Assembly: GCF_964188315.1 (NCBI RefSeq)
Contig: NC_135657.1
Coordinates: 78,740,001-78,804,000, forward strand
Direction of reading: 5' to 3'
Length of the DNA stretch: 64,000 nucleotides
Source: Podarcis muralis
Taxonomy: Eukaryota
Of the stretch, positions 14,138-28,226 are shown piece by piece. The notes under the pieces are model-generated. The model made no database searches, had not been told where the DNA came from, and saw only the letters and a list, made by a program, of their open reading frames with translations. The first letter of the stretch is position 1; every line of letters starts with the position of its first letter. The translations under genes were made by a program, and so were the position numbers.

Positions 14138-14458
14138 CTGAAAGCAAAGGTGACATGTGGGTCAGGAAGTACAGCAAAAACCAAAGCATCCTGGGATGCG
14201 GGATGCGGCACTCTCTTTACGGGAGGGTCTTTCTTTCTTTACCCTTAAGTTTACAAGTTGCATATACACCTCCAGAGATCTTTCTAGGACACTTTGCGAA
14301 AACAAGACGCAAAGAAGGGGCATGGTGAGAACTACAGCAGCGTCCCAGCGAGCCCACCCCCCAAAAAAGGAAAGAAAAAGAGGGGGCTCGGAAAGGTTGT
14401 GGGCTGAAGGCAGGATATGCGGGGCGCAGCTTCTCTCCCTCTCCCACCCACCCTGCAC

Positions 14459-14983
14459 CTTGACGGCGGGGACGTGGCGGGACAGTCCGTCGGCGGCTCC
14501 GCTCGGGCGGAGGCTCTCCAGGGCGCCCTTCAGGCCCAGCGCGGCGGCGGCGCCCACTTCAGCGATGAGGTTGTGGCCGCAGGCGTGGCCGATGCCCGGC
14601 AGGGCGTCGTACTCGCACAAGAAGCCCAGCCGGAGGGGCGCCTTCTGCCCGTCCTCGACGGCGGCGGCGGCAGCAGCCGCCCCCGCGGCGTCTCTCTCGC
14701 CGCCCCACTGCCAGTCCGCCCGCAAGGCCGTCTCCAGCTTGTAGCTGCGCTGCACCAGCCAAGCGCCGGCCGGCGAGGACCCCGGGGCCAGGCCGGCGAA
14801 GAAGCGGGCGAGGGCGTCGTGAGCCTGGCGCTCCTCGTAAGCCAGCTCCGGCCGGCTCCAGATCTCGCGGCTCAGCTCGGCCAGCCGCTCCGACGACGCC
14901 TCGATGCACTCGGCCGCCCGGCGCTTCAGCTCCTCCAGGCGCGCCGCCAAAGCGGGCGCCTCGGACGCCTCGTTCGGCCTCAT
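14459..14983 (-). CDS. PM20D2: PM20D2 exon 1 coding part
   Basis: MRPNE...IWSRPELAYEE...LGFLCEYDALPGIGHACGHNLIAEVG...PAVK, with the M20D metal-ligand motif; donor AAG|GTGCAG; 525 nt. Confidence 0.93.
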
Positions 14984-15092
14984 CGGAAAGGAGCTCGTTC
15001 TAAGGGAGAATAAACGGGAACAACAAGGGCGCGCTGCAGCGTCAGGAAAAGAGCCACCGCCGGCTTCGCAACCACGACAGCCACCGGCAAAT

Positions 15093-15126
15093 GTCTGAAA
15101 CCCGCGCCGCCCGAGGGGCTTATATA
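15093..15126 (-). promoter_or_regulatory. PM20D2 core promoter: TATA box and initiator
   Basis: Minus-strand TATATAAG (15126-15119), 30 nt upstream of an Inr-like TTTC-A-GAC (A at 15096); no upstream ATG in the implied 113-nt 5'UTR. Confidence 0.6.
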
Positions 15127-17714
15127 GCCTCGGTTAGCAGCCCAGGCCGGGACTTTCTTCCGCAGAGCTTGCTGGGAAAAGTAGTCGCTTTTCTTTAACA
15201 CTCCGCGAATACAGTAGTTCTAAAAGGAAAAACAGCTCCTGCCTCCGGCGCCGCGTGCTGCTTAAGCTACCGAAGTGTTGTTGCTCAGGTGTATATATAG
15301 GGTTTAACCTGAGCCGAGGATCAACACCGAAACCTAATCCTACCTCTTTTCCTAGAAGTAACTCGATACAGGGCATTGTTCAACCACCAGGGACAGAGGT
15401 TAAAAAAAGGTTATTTCTGGACTAGGCTATTGGGTCAATATTATGTTTACTGTTGTGTAACCCGAATGAAGATAGGTAAGAGACAGATAGAGTGGTTTGT
15501 GAAAATTTATGTATATCTGTGTTTATATGCAATTTTCACATCTCTCTATTTAGGTACCACAACATTAAACATAACACAAACACATAAAAGAATCAACATT
15601 GAAAGATACCAGTGAGAATCTGTATTGTTTCAGGACTTTGAAGAAACGCTGGCAAGTGTACACTTAAGTCTGATCAGGTTTGTCTTCCAGGAGTCAAGTG
15701 TATTTTTATCAAGAGTATTGCATCAAATAAACATCTGTATGTTTATGCTGGTGGGTGTATGAAGCTCTGCAACTTTCCATTGGTCTACCAGAACCACCAT
15801 CTGTTGGGGTCATAAGGGCCGGGAGATCAAGTTTAATGCAGCCCTCACAAGTCTCATTAAGTATTTAGCTGTGCATGGCTTAATCTGTTCATAGCAAAAA
15901 GCTTTTGGTGTGTGTCTGTTTAAAATAGAAGTGCCTGCTTCTGTCCCCAAGGATGTCTTGAGCCTGCTGAAGTCAAACGAAGAGTGGCTGAAATACAATT
16001 GATTGCTGATTGAAACCAACCAGTAGCAGTTTAGATCACATGTAAATACCCGTAAGAGTTTTATACCAAGGATTTGACTGATTGTGTCAAATTAATATTC
16101 ATATCCCCCTCACCTCCCAGTTCTTCCTAGCCTACCTTTTGTCACATGTTCCCTTGTTGAGACCACCACCCTATTCATCCTATTGTCTTTACAGTCTGTA
16201 TGAGCTGTGGTCCCCTAGTTTCTCACTGTTCCCAGAACTTCCTGCCTACTTAACCTCACAAGTTTTGACAGTTTATGAACATTCCCTATCATCAGAGAAG
16301 TTTGGTTATTAGCCAGCTACAGAAGCTATCCCAGACCAAACGTCAGCCACTGTTATCCCAGAAGTGTCATCTATCTTCCCCCCCCCCCCCCAGCATGTTT
16401 TGCATCTAATTTGAAAGACCATTAACATACTGGCACATTCATGCAGAAGTTGAATTTCCAGAAGGGTGTTGATGGGTTGCAGAATTCAGGTTTTTAAGGC
16501 CTAAAATGATCCTCCAGAGCCTCTGCAATGTTAGAAAGGCAGTGGCAGCCAGAGGGGACATCGGTCCTCTGCCAGCACAGACCTACTTGGACATCAGAAC
16601 AGATATACCTTCAATATAAAAAGAGATAGGGCAAGCAAGCAAAGGGAACAATGGCCAAGGAAGTATCGCTGGGGCAGCGGGAGCAGAGTGTAGGGTGTTT
16701 TGACATGGCAACAAATATTTTTTAACTGCTAATGTTGTATCATATTTATAAATATCTTATTTAGCAGAGCTCTTCTGGTAGTAAATCACCTGCTAAGTCT
16801 AAACTGTTTCCACCTGGAATCAGTCAAGTTCTTACAGGCTTAATATATATTGCCATTCATCATTCAAAGAAATGAAATGAATCCTTTCTAAATCCCCATT
16901 CTAGCAGGATACTTCTTTATTGCTCAGTTTATTGCAGCATGTGTTTATGACAGTGAATTTTAATGGGATGATTGACTCACTTTAAGAAATATATATTTGC
17001 TAAAATGCACCTATCCTGGCAATAATGGGAAGTAATAATTCTAAACATGCTTGGATTGCAGCTGTACATGAAGTTCAGCTTTCTTTTGGCTTAAATACCA
17101 ATAATATAAAACATCCTCCAAACCACAAATTAATATATATTCAGGCTCTAATTGACATCACAGACTATAAATAAGAGATTATGCTAAGATACATTTAGTA
17201 TCTCAGCAGTTTCCTGCTGTATCTTCTGATAGCTGGCTTACTATTTTTAACAACTGCAGCACGTGTATCACATTATTTTAATAAGAGAGAGTGCTGGAAT
17301 ATTTATTCTGTTTGAAATGTTGATACATTTAAGTGCATTAGAGAAATAATTATAATGGGTCTCAAATCCAAGTAAACATAATAAAAACTGAGCTGTTTGC
17401 TTCAGAGGTTGAACAGTGGCTATACATTAATCAAAATTTATGGTATAAAAGCCGTATAAAAAGGAGAGAAAGGATTAAGTTAAGCACTGCATTGTTTACC
17501 CTGAATTTTGTGCACTAACAGCTGGATAACCTGCCTAGTTAGGATTAATGGAAAGATGAAAAGAACAGCAGAATACAGGGATGCATGCAAGTTTCAGCAA
17601 CGATTAAAAAAATTATATATATATTTAATTAAGGCGGAGCCAAAACATATAAAATAATTTAAAAGAAAACAAACATTTAGCATACCTAAATTGCATCTAT
17701 TTATTATTAAAATT

Positions 17715-18720
17715 ATACCCCTCCTTTTATCCAAGGAGCTCAACATGGCATACACAGTTCTCCCCCCTAACTCCATTTTACTTCACCACAACCCTATGTT
17801 GTTGTTTAGTCGTGTCCAGCTCTTCGTGACCCCATGGACCAGAGCACACCAGGCACTCCTGTTTGCCACTCCTTTCCTTGTTGTTGTTGTTTAGTCATTT
17901 AGTCGTGTCCAACTCTTCGTGACACCATGGACCAGAGCACGCCAGCCACTCCTTTCCTAGAGCTACCTAAAGACTTGTATGCTCAGAGGGAAGGTAGAAA
18001 CCCAGACCAGACAGCTGATGCTATCAGCTCCTGAAAGGACCACTAGTTGGTCTGATAGTATTGTTCTATATTTTATACCCTTTTTTGAAGGTTAAGGTTG
18101 GAAATCACCTTGAGTGCCTTGGCAGAATGTGGTATATAAAAATGCAACGGATAAATAAATTTCCATTAAGCCTTGTGGTTTTCCTGCTGGCAATAATAAT
18201 AATAAACAGGCTAAAGCAGTTGAGGCCAACAATGCACAATTGGCATGATGTTCGTATGTGCTTTAAATCAGGTCCTTCCACAATCAGGGCCATCTCTACC
18301 ATGGCCCTGGGACCTTAGGGTGAAGGGGTGGGCAATAAATAAATAAGAATGAAGCAGGGTGAAGTGGCCACCTTGGGTTTATGAGGAGTGTCATTAAAGG
18401 ACAAGCAGGCTATTTCTACAACTTACCCGCTCCATCCTATTTATGAGATATGAATTAATGGAAGCTATTATGGTGAATATAATGTTCTATATCTCAGATA
18501 GCCCCAAATGATTGAAAGGTATTAAAGATGGCTTGGCATTAATATTACAATGCAGTGTCAAAGGCATACACAGTTCTCCCCCCTAACTCCATTTTACTTC
18601 ACCACAACCCTGTGAGGCTGAGAGAGCAGAATGACTGGCAAAAGGTGAGGTTCATGGCTGAGCAGGGATTTGAGCCTGGATCTCCCCAGTCCTCACCCAA
18701 CATTCTAACCACTATGCAAC
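17715..18720 (-). mobile_element. tRNA-derived SINE split in two (17715-17795 and 18563-18720) by a 767-bp insert
   Basis: Removing 17796-18611 rejoins one SINE; its head (minus strand gttgcatagtggttagaa..ggctcaaatccc) is at ~18660-18720; an identical 49-bp segment flanks the insert. Confidence 0.75.
17796..18562 (+). repeat. Local duplication copy A (paralogue of ~19330-20446)
   Basis: Near-identical to copy B apart from scattered substitutions, a 27-nt indel and the LTR present only in B. Confidence 0.92.
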
Positions 18721-19271
18721 ATTTATGTTATAAATATAATCTTTATGATAATTATTAAAGCAGGAAAACCTCACTCACTAAAGCTGCAATCATATCCACA
18801 TTTACTTGAGAATAAGTTCCACTAAACACAGTGGGACTGACTTCTGAATAAACATACGCAGGAGTGGGCTGGGTGTCCCTGTCCCATGTCTCAACAAGCA
18901 AAACCAGGTCCTCCCTAGTATTATATACAACTAGAATAGACATGAAAACGTGCTTCCCCTCCATTATTCAGTGAGGTTAACACTGAAGGATATGTTGATG
19001 TGCAGTTAACAGTCTCTCTGGTTTCTCCCCCCCTTTGCCAAATTTGATGAAAATTATATTTAAATCTGGCTTCTCCTTCCTGTTTGTATTCAAAGCTAGC
19101 AGGTATTTGGCATTTAAGCCTTTCTTCCCTTCTCTGGGGCTACTTAAAGACCTATGTGCCTAAGGGAAGGCAGAAGAGAACACCAGGCCAGGAAGTCTGT
19201 AATAATTGGCTCCTGAAGGAACCATCAGTGGGCAAAATGCTGAGGGCACTGTTGGAGCAGGCCCTCCTTTC

Positions 19272-19572
19272 CTTTGTTGTTGTTTAGTTATGACCAGAGC
19301 ATGCCAGGCACTCCTGTCTGCCACTCCTGTCTTTGTTGTGGTTGTTTAGTCGTGTCCGACTCTTCGTGACCCCATGGACCAGAGCACGCCAGGCACTCCT
19401 GTCTGCCACTCCTTTCCTTGTTGTTTAGTCATGTCCAACTCTTCATGACCCCATGGACCAGAGCACGCCAGGCACTCCTGTCTGCCACTCCTTTCCTTGT
19501 TGTTTAGTCATTTAGTTGTTTACGACTCTTCGTGACCCCATGGACCAGAGCACACCAGGCACTCCTTTCCTA
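19272..19572 (-). repeat. Minisatellite of five ~60-80-bp RTE-BovB 3'-tail units
   Basis: Unit ttgttgtttagtcgtgtccgactcttcgtgaccccatggaccagagcacgccaggcactcc is the reverse complement of the BovB 3' end; units are separated by ctcctttcct-type spacers; two more units at 17796-17960. Confidence 0.85.
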
Positions 19573-20446
19573 GAGCTACCTAAAGACTTGTATGCCCTGA
19601 GGGAAAGCAGAAACCCAGACCAGACAGCTGATGCTATCAGCTCCTGAAGGGACCACTAGTTGGTCTGATAGTATTGTTCTATATTTTATACCCTTTTTTG
19701 AAGGTTAAGGTTGGAAATCACCTTGAGTGCCTTGGCAGAATGTGGTATAAAAATGCAACGGATAAATAAATTTCCATTAAGCCTTGTGGTTTTACTGCTG
19801 GCAATAATTGTTAAGTTGTAGGCGAACATAATCAAACAACACAACGATTCTTCCAAAGCAGCTCTTTATTTGTAAGCCAGAACAGAACTGAACAGCAAAC
19901 AGCTCAACCAGCCTGCTTTTATAGGCTACCGGCTATAAACATTGTAGCAACAACAACCCAGGGTTTCCCGCCTAAAGTAACTGATGTGGACCTGAGTGAA
20001 AACTATATACACAATACCCCTGGTGGCCAGGGTGAGAACTTCAATACATAACAATAATAATAAACAGGCTAAAGCAGTTGAGGCCAACAATGCACAGTTG
20101 GCATGATGTTCATATTTGCTTTAAATCAGGTCCTTCCATAATCAGGGCCATCTCTACCATAGCCCTGGGACCTTAGGGTGAAGGGGTGGGCAATAAATAA
20201 ATAAGACTATGAAGCAGAGTGAAGTGGCCACCTTGGGTTTATGAGGGGCGTCATTAAAGGGCAAGCAGGCTATTTCTACAACTTCTACTGCTGTCACTTC
20301 ATCATTGGCTAACCCGCTCCATCCTATTTATGAGATATGAATTAATGGAAGCTATTATGGTGAATATAATGTTCTATATCTCAGATAGCCCCAAATGATG
20401 GAAAGGTATTAAAGATGGCTTGGCATTAATATTACAATGCGGTGGC
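19330..20446 (+). repeat. Local duplication copy B
   Basis: Matches copy A; interrupted by a solo LTR. Confidence 0.9.
19809..20053 (-). mobile_element. Solo LTR (Gypsy-type or ERV), 245 bp
   Basis: TGTTA...TAACA termini; 5-bp TSD ATAAT; minus-strand TATAAAA followed by AATAAA; absent from copy A. Confidence 0.88.
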
Positions 20447-20849
20447 ATTTAAGAATGTAATAGTCCTGCCTGTGGGAAGCCTTGCAAGCCGTACCTAAGC
20501 GCCACAGCACCCTCCCCTCCTGCAGTTCCCAGCAATTCAGAAGCATATGTCTTTCTTAACACTTGTGTTATTGACAGTTTCCCATGCCTCTGCTCTGATA
20601 CATGGTTCAGAACCAGAAGCAAAGCCGTAACTTATCTCCCATGCATTACTGATGCTCCAGGTGCTCCCATCTTGGCACGGCGCTGAGCCGCATCTCGATT
20701 CCCCTACAAAGCCCAAGTTTGAGTGTGGACATAAATAAAGCTTAGGCAGAGACTCTTCAGCTCCTGAGCCCATTTCTCCAAACGCTAGAATTATTGCACT
20801 AGCTCCTTCCGTGGGTTATTGAAATGTGAGACCTGTCAATTCTCTCAGC

Positions 20850-21750
<901 letters not shown>

Positions 21751-22298
21751 TATCGACTTTTTTTCTTTTTTAAAATTAAAATTGTTTCCATTGTTATCCG
21801 CCGTCGGTCCCACTTGCCGGAAAGGCGGGGTATAAACGGAAGCAGGCCCCGGGTTGTTTTTTGAAACGTTAGTCACCCTCCTTGTTATGGAAGAAAATGA
21901 AAATTGATCTCGTTCCCAGAGGGCAACCTGCCCTGGGAAAACCAGTGCAATGATATTTATAGCAGTATCTCTCCCTCCCCCTCTCCCCCCCCCCCCCGCC
22001 CACCGCTTGGGTACAGGGTGTCGCTTTCTGGCTAATCTGTGGGCGTGGAGGAGGAGGAGGGGGAATTGGTTCCTAGGCATTTGCTAAGGGATGACATGGA
22101 CCTCCATACACACTGCCCAGGGTTGTGCCTCAAGGAGGTCACTTTGGTGCTGCTAATGCAGCACTTTGATTTCACCCCCAGAAGGGCACTCCATTGTCAG
22201 AAAGGTGCCAACAAGCGATGTGGTCCTACAGGTACCCTGTGGGTTATAGTTACGTGGCTTGAAAGTTTGCCACAGACTATGTTCCATCTAGGCCAGTA

Positions 22299-22512
22299 CA
22301 GTGGACGCTTGGGTTGCGAACGTGATCTGTGCGGGATGCACGTTTGCAACCCGCAGTGGCGCGTCTGCACATGTGTGGGTTGCAATTCGGCGCTTATGTG
22401 CAAAGCGTGACCCCCGAAACCCAGAAGTAACCCGCTCCAGTACTTCCAGGTTTCGGCGGGTCCGTAACCAAAAAAACCCAACCTGAAGTGTCTGTAACCC
22501 GAGGTAAGACTG
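22299..22512. mobile_element. Tigger-like MITE
   Basis: TA-flanked; TIRs CAGTGGACGCTTGGGTTGC / GTAACCCGAGGTAAGACTG; related to 52797-53015 in opposite orientation. Confidence 0.8.
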
Positions 22513-22733
22513 TACTGTCTATTCTATCTGTCAGGGACCACAGTAGTATGAGACCTTTGCTACCACTATTCAACTAGACATTTAGCCCAGACCTTTTGCA
22601 TCATAAGCGTTACCCATTTATCCAGGTCTTTGTCATCTTTTGTTATATTAGTAATTATATAAATTTATTCATGTTGGAAGCCGCCTTAAGAATGGTTTTT
22701 TAACTATGGAAAGGTGGCATACAAATAAAATGA

Positions 22734-23197
22734 TCATAGATCATAGAAAGATAGTTGTAAGGGAGCCTGAGGATCCTCTAGTGTCTAGTCCAACCCCCTG
22801 CAATGTAGGAATATGTAGCTGTCCCATACAGCAGTGGTTCCCAATTAGCTAATTACTCAGGACACCCTATTTTTCAAAAGCCAAGCCACAGACGCCCTAC
22901 TTTTGAAAATTTTGATAACTCTATGGTAGTTACCTCTGCAAAACAATTTTTTGAACAAAATGTGAGGTGGCCCCAAATAAGCAAAGGATTTTAGGTATAC
23001 TAAAAAACAAACAGATCATAAAATTTGTGTTATTACAATGCAAAAATAACAAAAAAAGTAGTTGAGGGGGAGGCAAGGGATGGGGCTGCGGACCCCCTGG
23101 GTGCCTTCTCCAGACCTCTAATTGGGAACCACTGCCATACAGGGATCAAACCTGCAACCTTGGCATTAACAGCACCATGCTCTAACCAACTGAACTG
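22734..23197 (-). mobile_element. tRNA-head / CR1-tail SINE, interrupted by a hAT MITE
   Basis: Minus-strand head cagttcagttggttagagcatggtgctg..ggtttgatcc; CR1-like tail gggggttggactaga..tctatga. Confidence 0.8.
22832..23134. mobile_element. hAT (Charlie-like) MITE, 303 bp
   Basis: 15-bp perfect TIR CAGTGGTTCCCAATT; perfect 8-bp TSD CCATACAG (22824-22831 and 23135-23142). Confidence 0.92.
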
Positions 23198-24870
23198 TAT
23201 ATATGTATCCTGTCTAGCTATTTTTATCTGAGTACTTAAAAGCATGTTTTCAGTCAATTCTTCCCTGCCACTTTGCAACCCCAGTAATGAAATTAAATGG
23301 AACGTCACATAAGGTGACAAGATGTGAATGAAGCAGGGCATTGAATTTTGATAGTTGCAGCTAGCTATTAAAGTTATGGAGCCCTCTCCTCCATTGCATT
23401 TGCTTGCCTTATACATTTTTTGTTTTGTCTTGGACAGGCTTCAGTACTTTTGTGGGTTTTAAAAAAAATTTGCTAAAAAGTCTTCCCATAGTCTGCTATG
23501 AGATTCCTCTCTTCAGTGGGGAGCACTTTGTAGTGAAAGTTTATTCAGATAGCAGAATACAGCTAGGACTGCAGCGTTTAAACCATTAATTAGTTAGATG
23601 AATCACTTTCATAACTCTTTAATTGAATAAAAGTGCCCCAATTAACTGGGCAGCAATATTAAAATATGGCATTATCTTTAATATATGTACTTATAAATAG
23701 AAATGGCAAGCAGCATATTAAAAAGGTATTCCTCCTTTTTTCTCACATTAGGAATGCCTCCTCTAATATCAGACCAGCATCACACAGCAATGCATTATCT
23801 AAAAACCAAAAAAGCAGTACTATTGTTTCCCTTATATGCAAAATTGATATCTGTCTGCTAGCAAAAAATCTTTACCCTGTGCTCCAAGCATAGTAGGGTT
23901 TCTTTTGTTCCTTTGTAGGGCGTGGAAGACTCTTTCCCGCATGAGAACCCAATATGCAAAGAATTGCAAATAATTATCCTTTCCCCCTATGATTGAAAGA
24001 CCAGCCAATGAATAAGGCATATAATTAAAAAGCTAGCTATTATATTGTATAACCTGATGTTATCCATTCTAACAAGTGCCCAATAATTACTGACTTGTGT
24101 GGAGTCTTTTGATATGTATGGAGTGACACCCCTACTTCCCAGTTATTCATTTCACAGAAAGGAGCAAATTTGTGCATGCTTTTCTCTGTGGGTTTGTGTA
24201 ATCCTCACCACATCTAGTGGCAATGAATTCAGCATAATATTATTCATTGTGTAAAGTTATTTCTTTTGTTTCTCCTGATACTTCTGCCTATGTGAGGATG
24301 TTTGTCTTATGTGAGGGAAAATATATCTGAATTCATCTTCTTCATTCTGTGTGCTCTTTCATGATTTCCCCCCCCCATGTCTGAATCTTTAGTATATTTG
24401 TTTTAAACTGAAAACTCATTTTCTGGTGCCCCAGTCCCATGCTGAAAAAATAGTGGCATTATATTCAATCAAGTTGTTGACCTGTTTATCTCAGTACAGT
24501 ACAGTGTGCTTCAACTGGTGTTTGATCTCCTGAGCGATATTGTAGTCTGACAAAAAAAGCAGGGGTTCCAGAAAGAGAATTGTGCCTTTGGAGAATTTTC
24601 AGTTGCAGGATTGTTGGCATTCATTTTTGTCTCTGCCCCATTTCTGCAAATCGCTATTAGAGTAATCACAATGCGAATGATCCAATACCAGGAAAAATAC
24701 ATTTAAGTGAACCCTAAACATACTAATAAGTTCCTAGCTCGTTTTAGTTTCAATAATTATATATGTTCAAAATTTATGGCTATGATTCCCAATACTGATA
24801 GAATTATTGAAAGTGTGTCTTTAATAGTCTTAATACACAAGATGAGTCTGCTGCGGCTAGGTATTGCTAA

Positions 24871-26803
<1,933 letters not shown>

Positions 26804-26985
26804 TGAACACCACCTTGTCACTTACTTATTCTGCAAAGCATTTCTTTAAGATAGTTGCCTTTCATATCTCTTAAGATTGGAAAATAAAACAGGCACAAGC
26901 TTATAAACTCTAGTTTTTAAAATTGCATGCGTGCTCAGTATGTAAGAAGCTGCAGTTTTCTTGCAATCTTCCAGTTCTGCTTTAA

Positions 26986-27135
<150 letters not shown>

Positions 27136-27744
27136 TAAGTCTGAGGATCATGAGACAAAAATTCAATTGCATACTAATGATTGTGTGTATTATGTTCCAG
27201 GAGAATGTTTGTGAACAACAGTGATGGTAACCAGTGAGGATAAGGTAAACTTGAGCTGGTCCTGCAAAGGTTCAGTCATCCTGGCTCCTTTGTAAATAAT
27301 TTGAACACTAATACTGTACAGGTAATACTGTACTTGTTTATCTGGTAATAAATCCCATTGAATGCAGTGGGGCTTACATCTGAGTAGAAATGCATAGAAT
27401 TGTGCTGTGTGGCTGGCTATTCTCAGGCAGGCAGGCAATGAGGTAGTATAGCTTCAAAATTCTGGCACTACATTTGAAATGTTGGATTAAAATGTAAGTA
27501 TTAAAATCATCTTGCTGACTGACTCCTAGTGAGCTCATTCTCGTTGCACCAGGTTTGAAAAAATAAAGTTTTGAGACAAAGTAGATTTTGTCTGAGATAG
27601 TAACAATGCATAGATAATTTTTAATAGCTTGTTATTCCAGTCTGAAAGAATAGAAGCATAAACCATGGGAATCCTCAAAACTACTCTTTAAATTTTCCTT
27701 TTGAAGTTTTGGGGTACTTTTGGCATACAGTACCGTTACAAAAA

Positions 27745-27770
27745 CAAACAAACAAACAAACAAACAAACA
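27745..27770. repeat. (AAAC)n microsatellite
   Basis: About six tandem AAAC units. Confidence 0.9.
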
Positions 27771-27818
27771 GTACCTCAAACAAATTAAGCAAACTGTTTG
27801 GGTTACAATGCTCCTTAA

Positions 27819-28226
<408 letters not shown>

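Larger units (their letters stand above)
14400..15300. promoter_or_regulatory. CpG island of PM20D2
   Basis: Dense CpG and high GC over exon 1 and promoter. Confidence 0.85.

Noticed and set aside
14157-15098. Long plus-strand and off-frame ORFs over PM20D2 exon 1
   Set aside because: Stop-poor shadows of GC-rich coding sequence with no recognisable domain
17796-19572. Regularly spaced repeats resembling a CRISPR array
   Set aside because: The intervening sequence repeats too (no unique spacers), the unit is a BovB 3' tail, there are no cas genes and the DNA is vertebrate
23143-23197. tRNA gene (also the heads at 13369, 34934 and 53390)
   Set aside because: Box A/B are present but the heads continue into SINE bodies and do not form full cloverleaves
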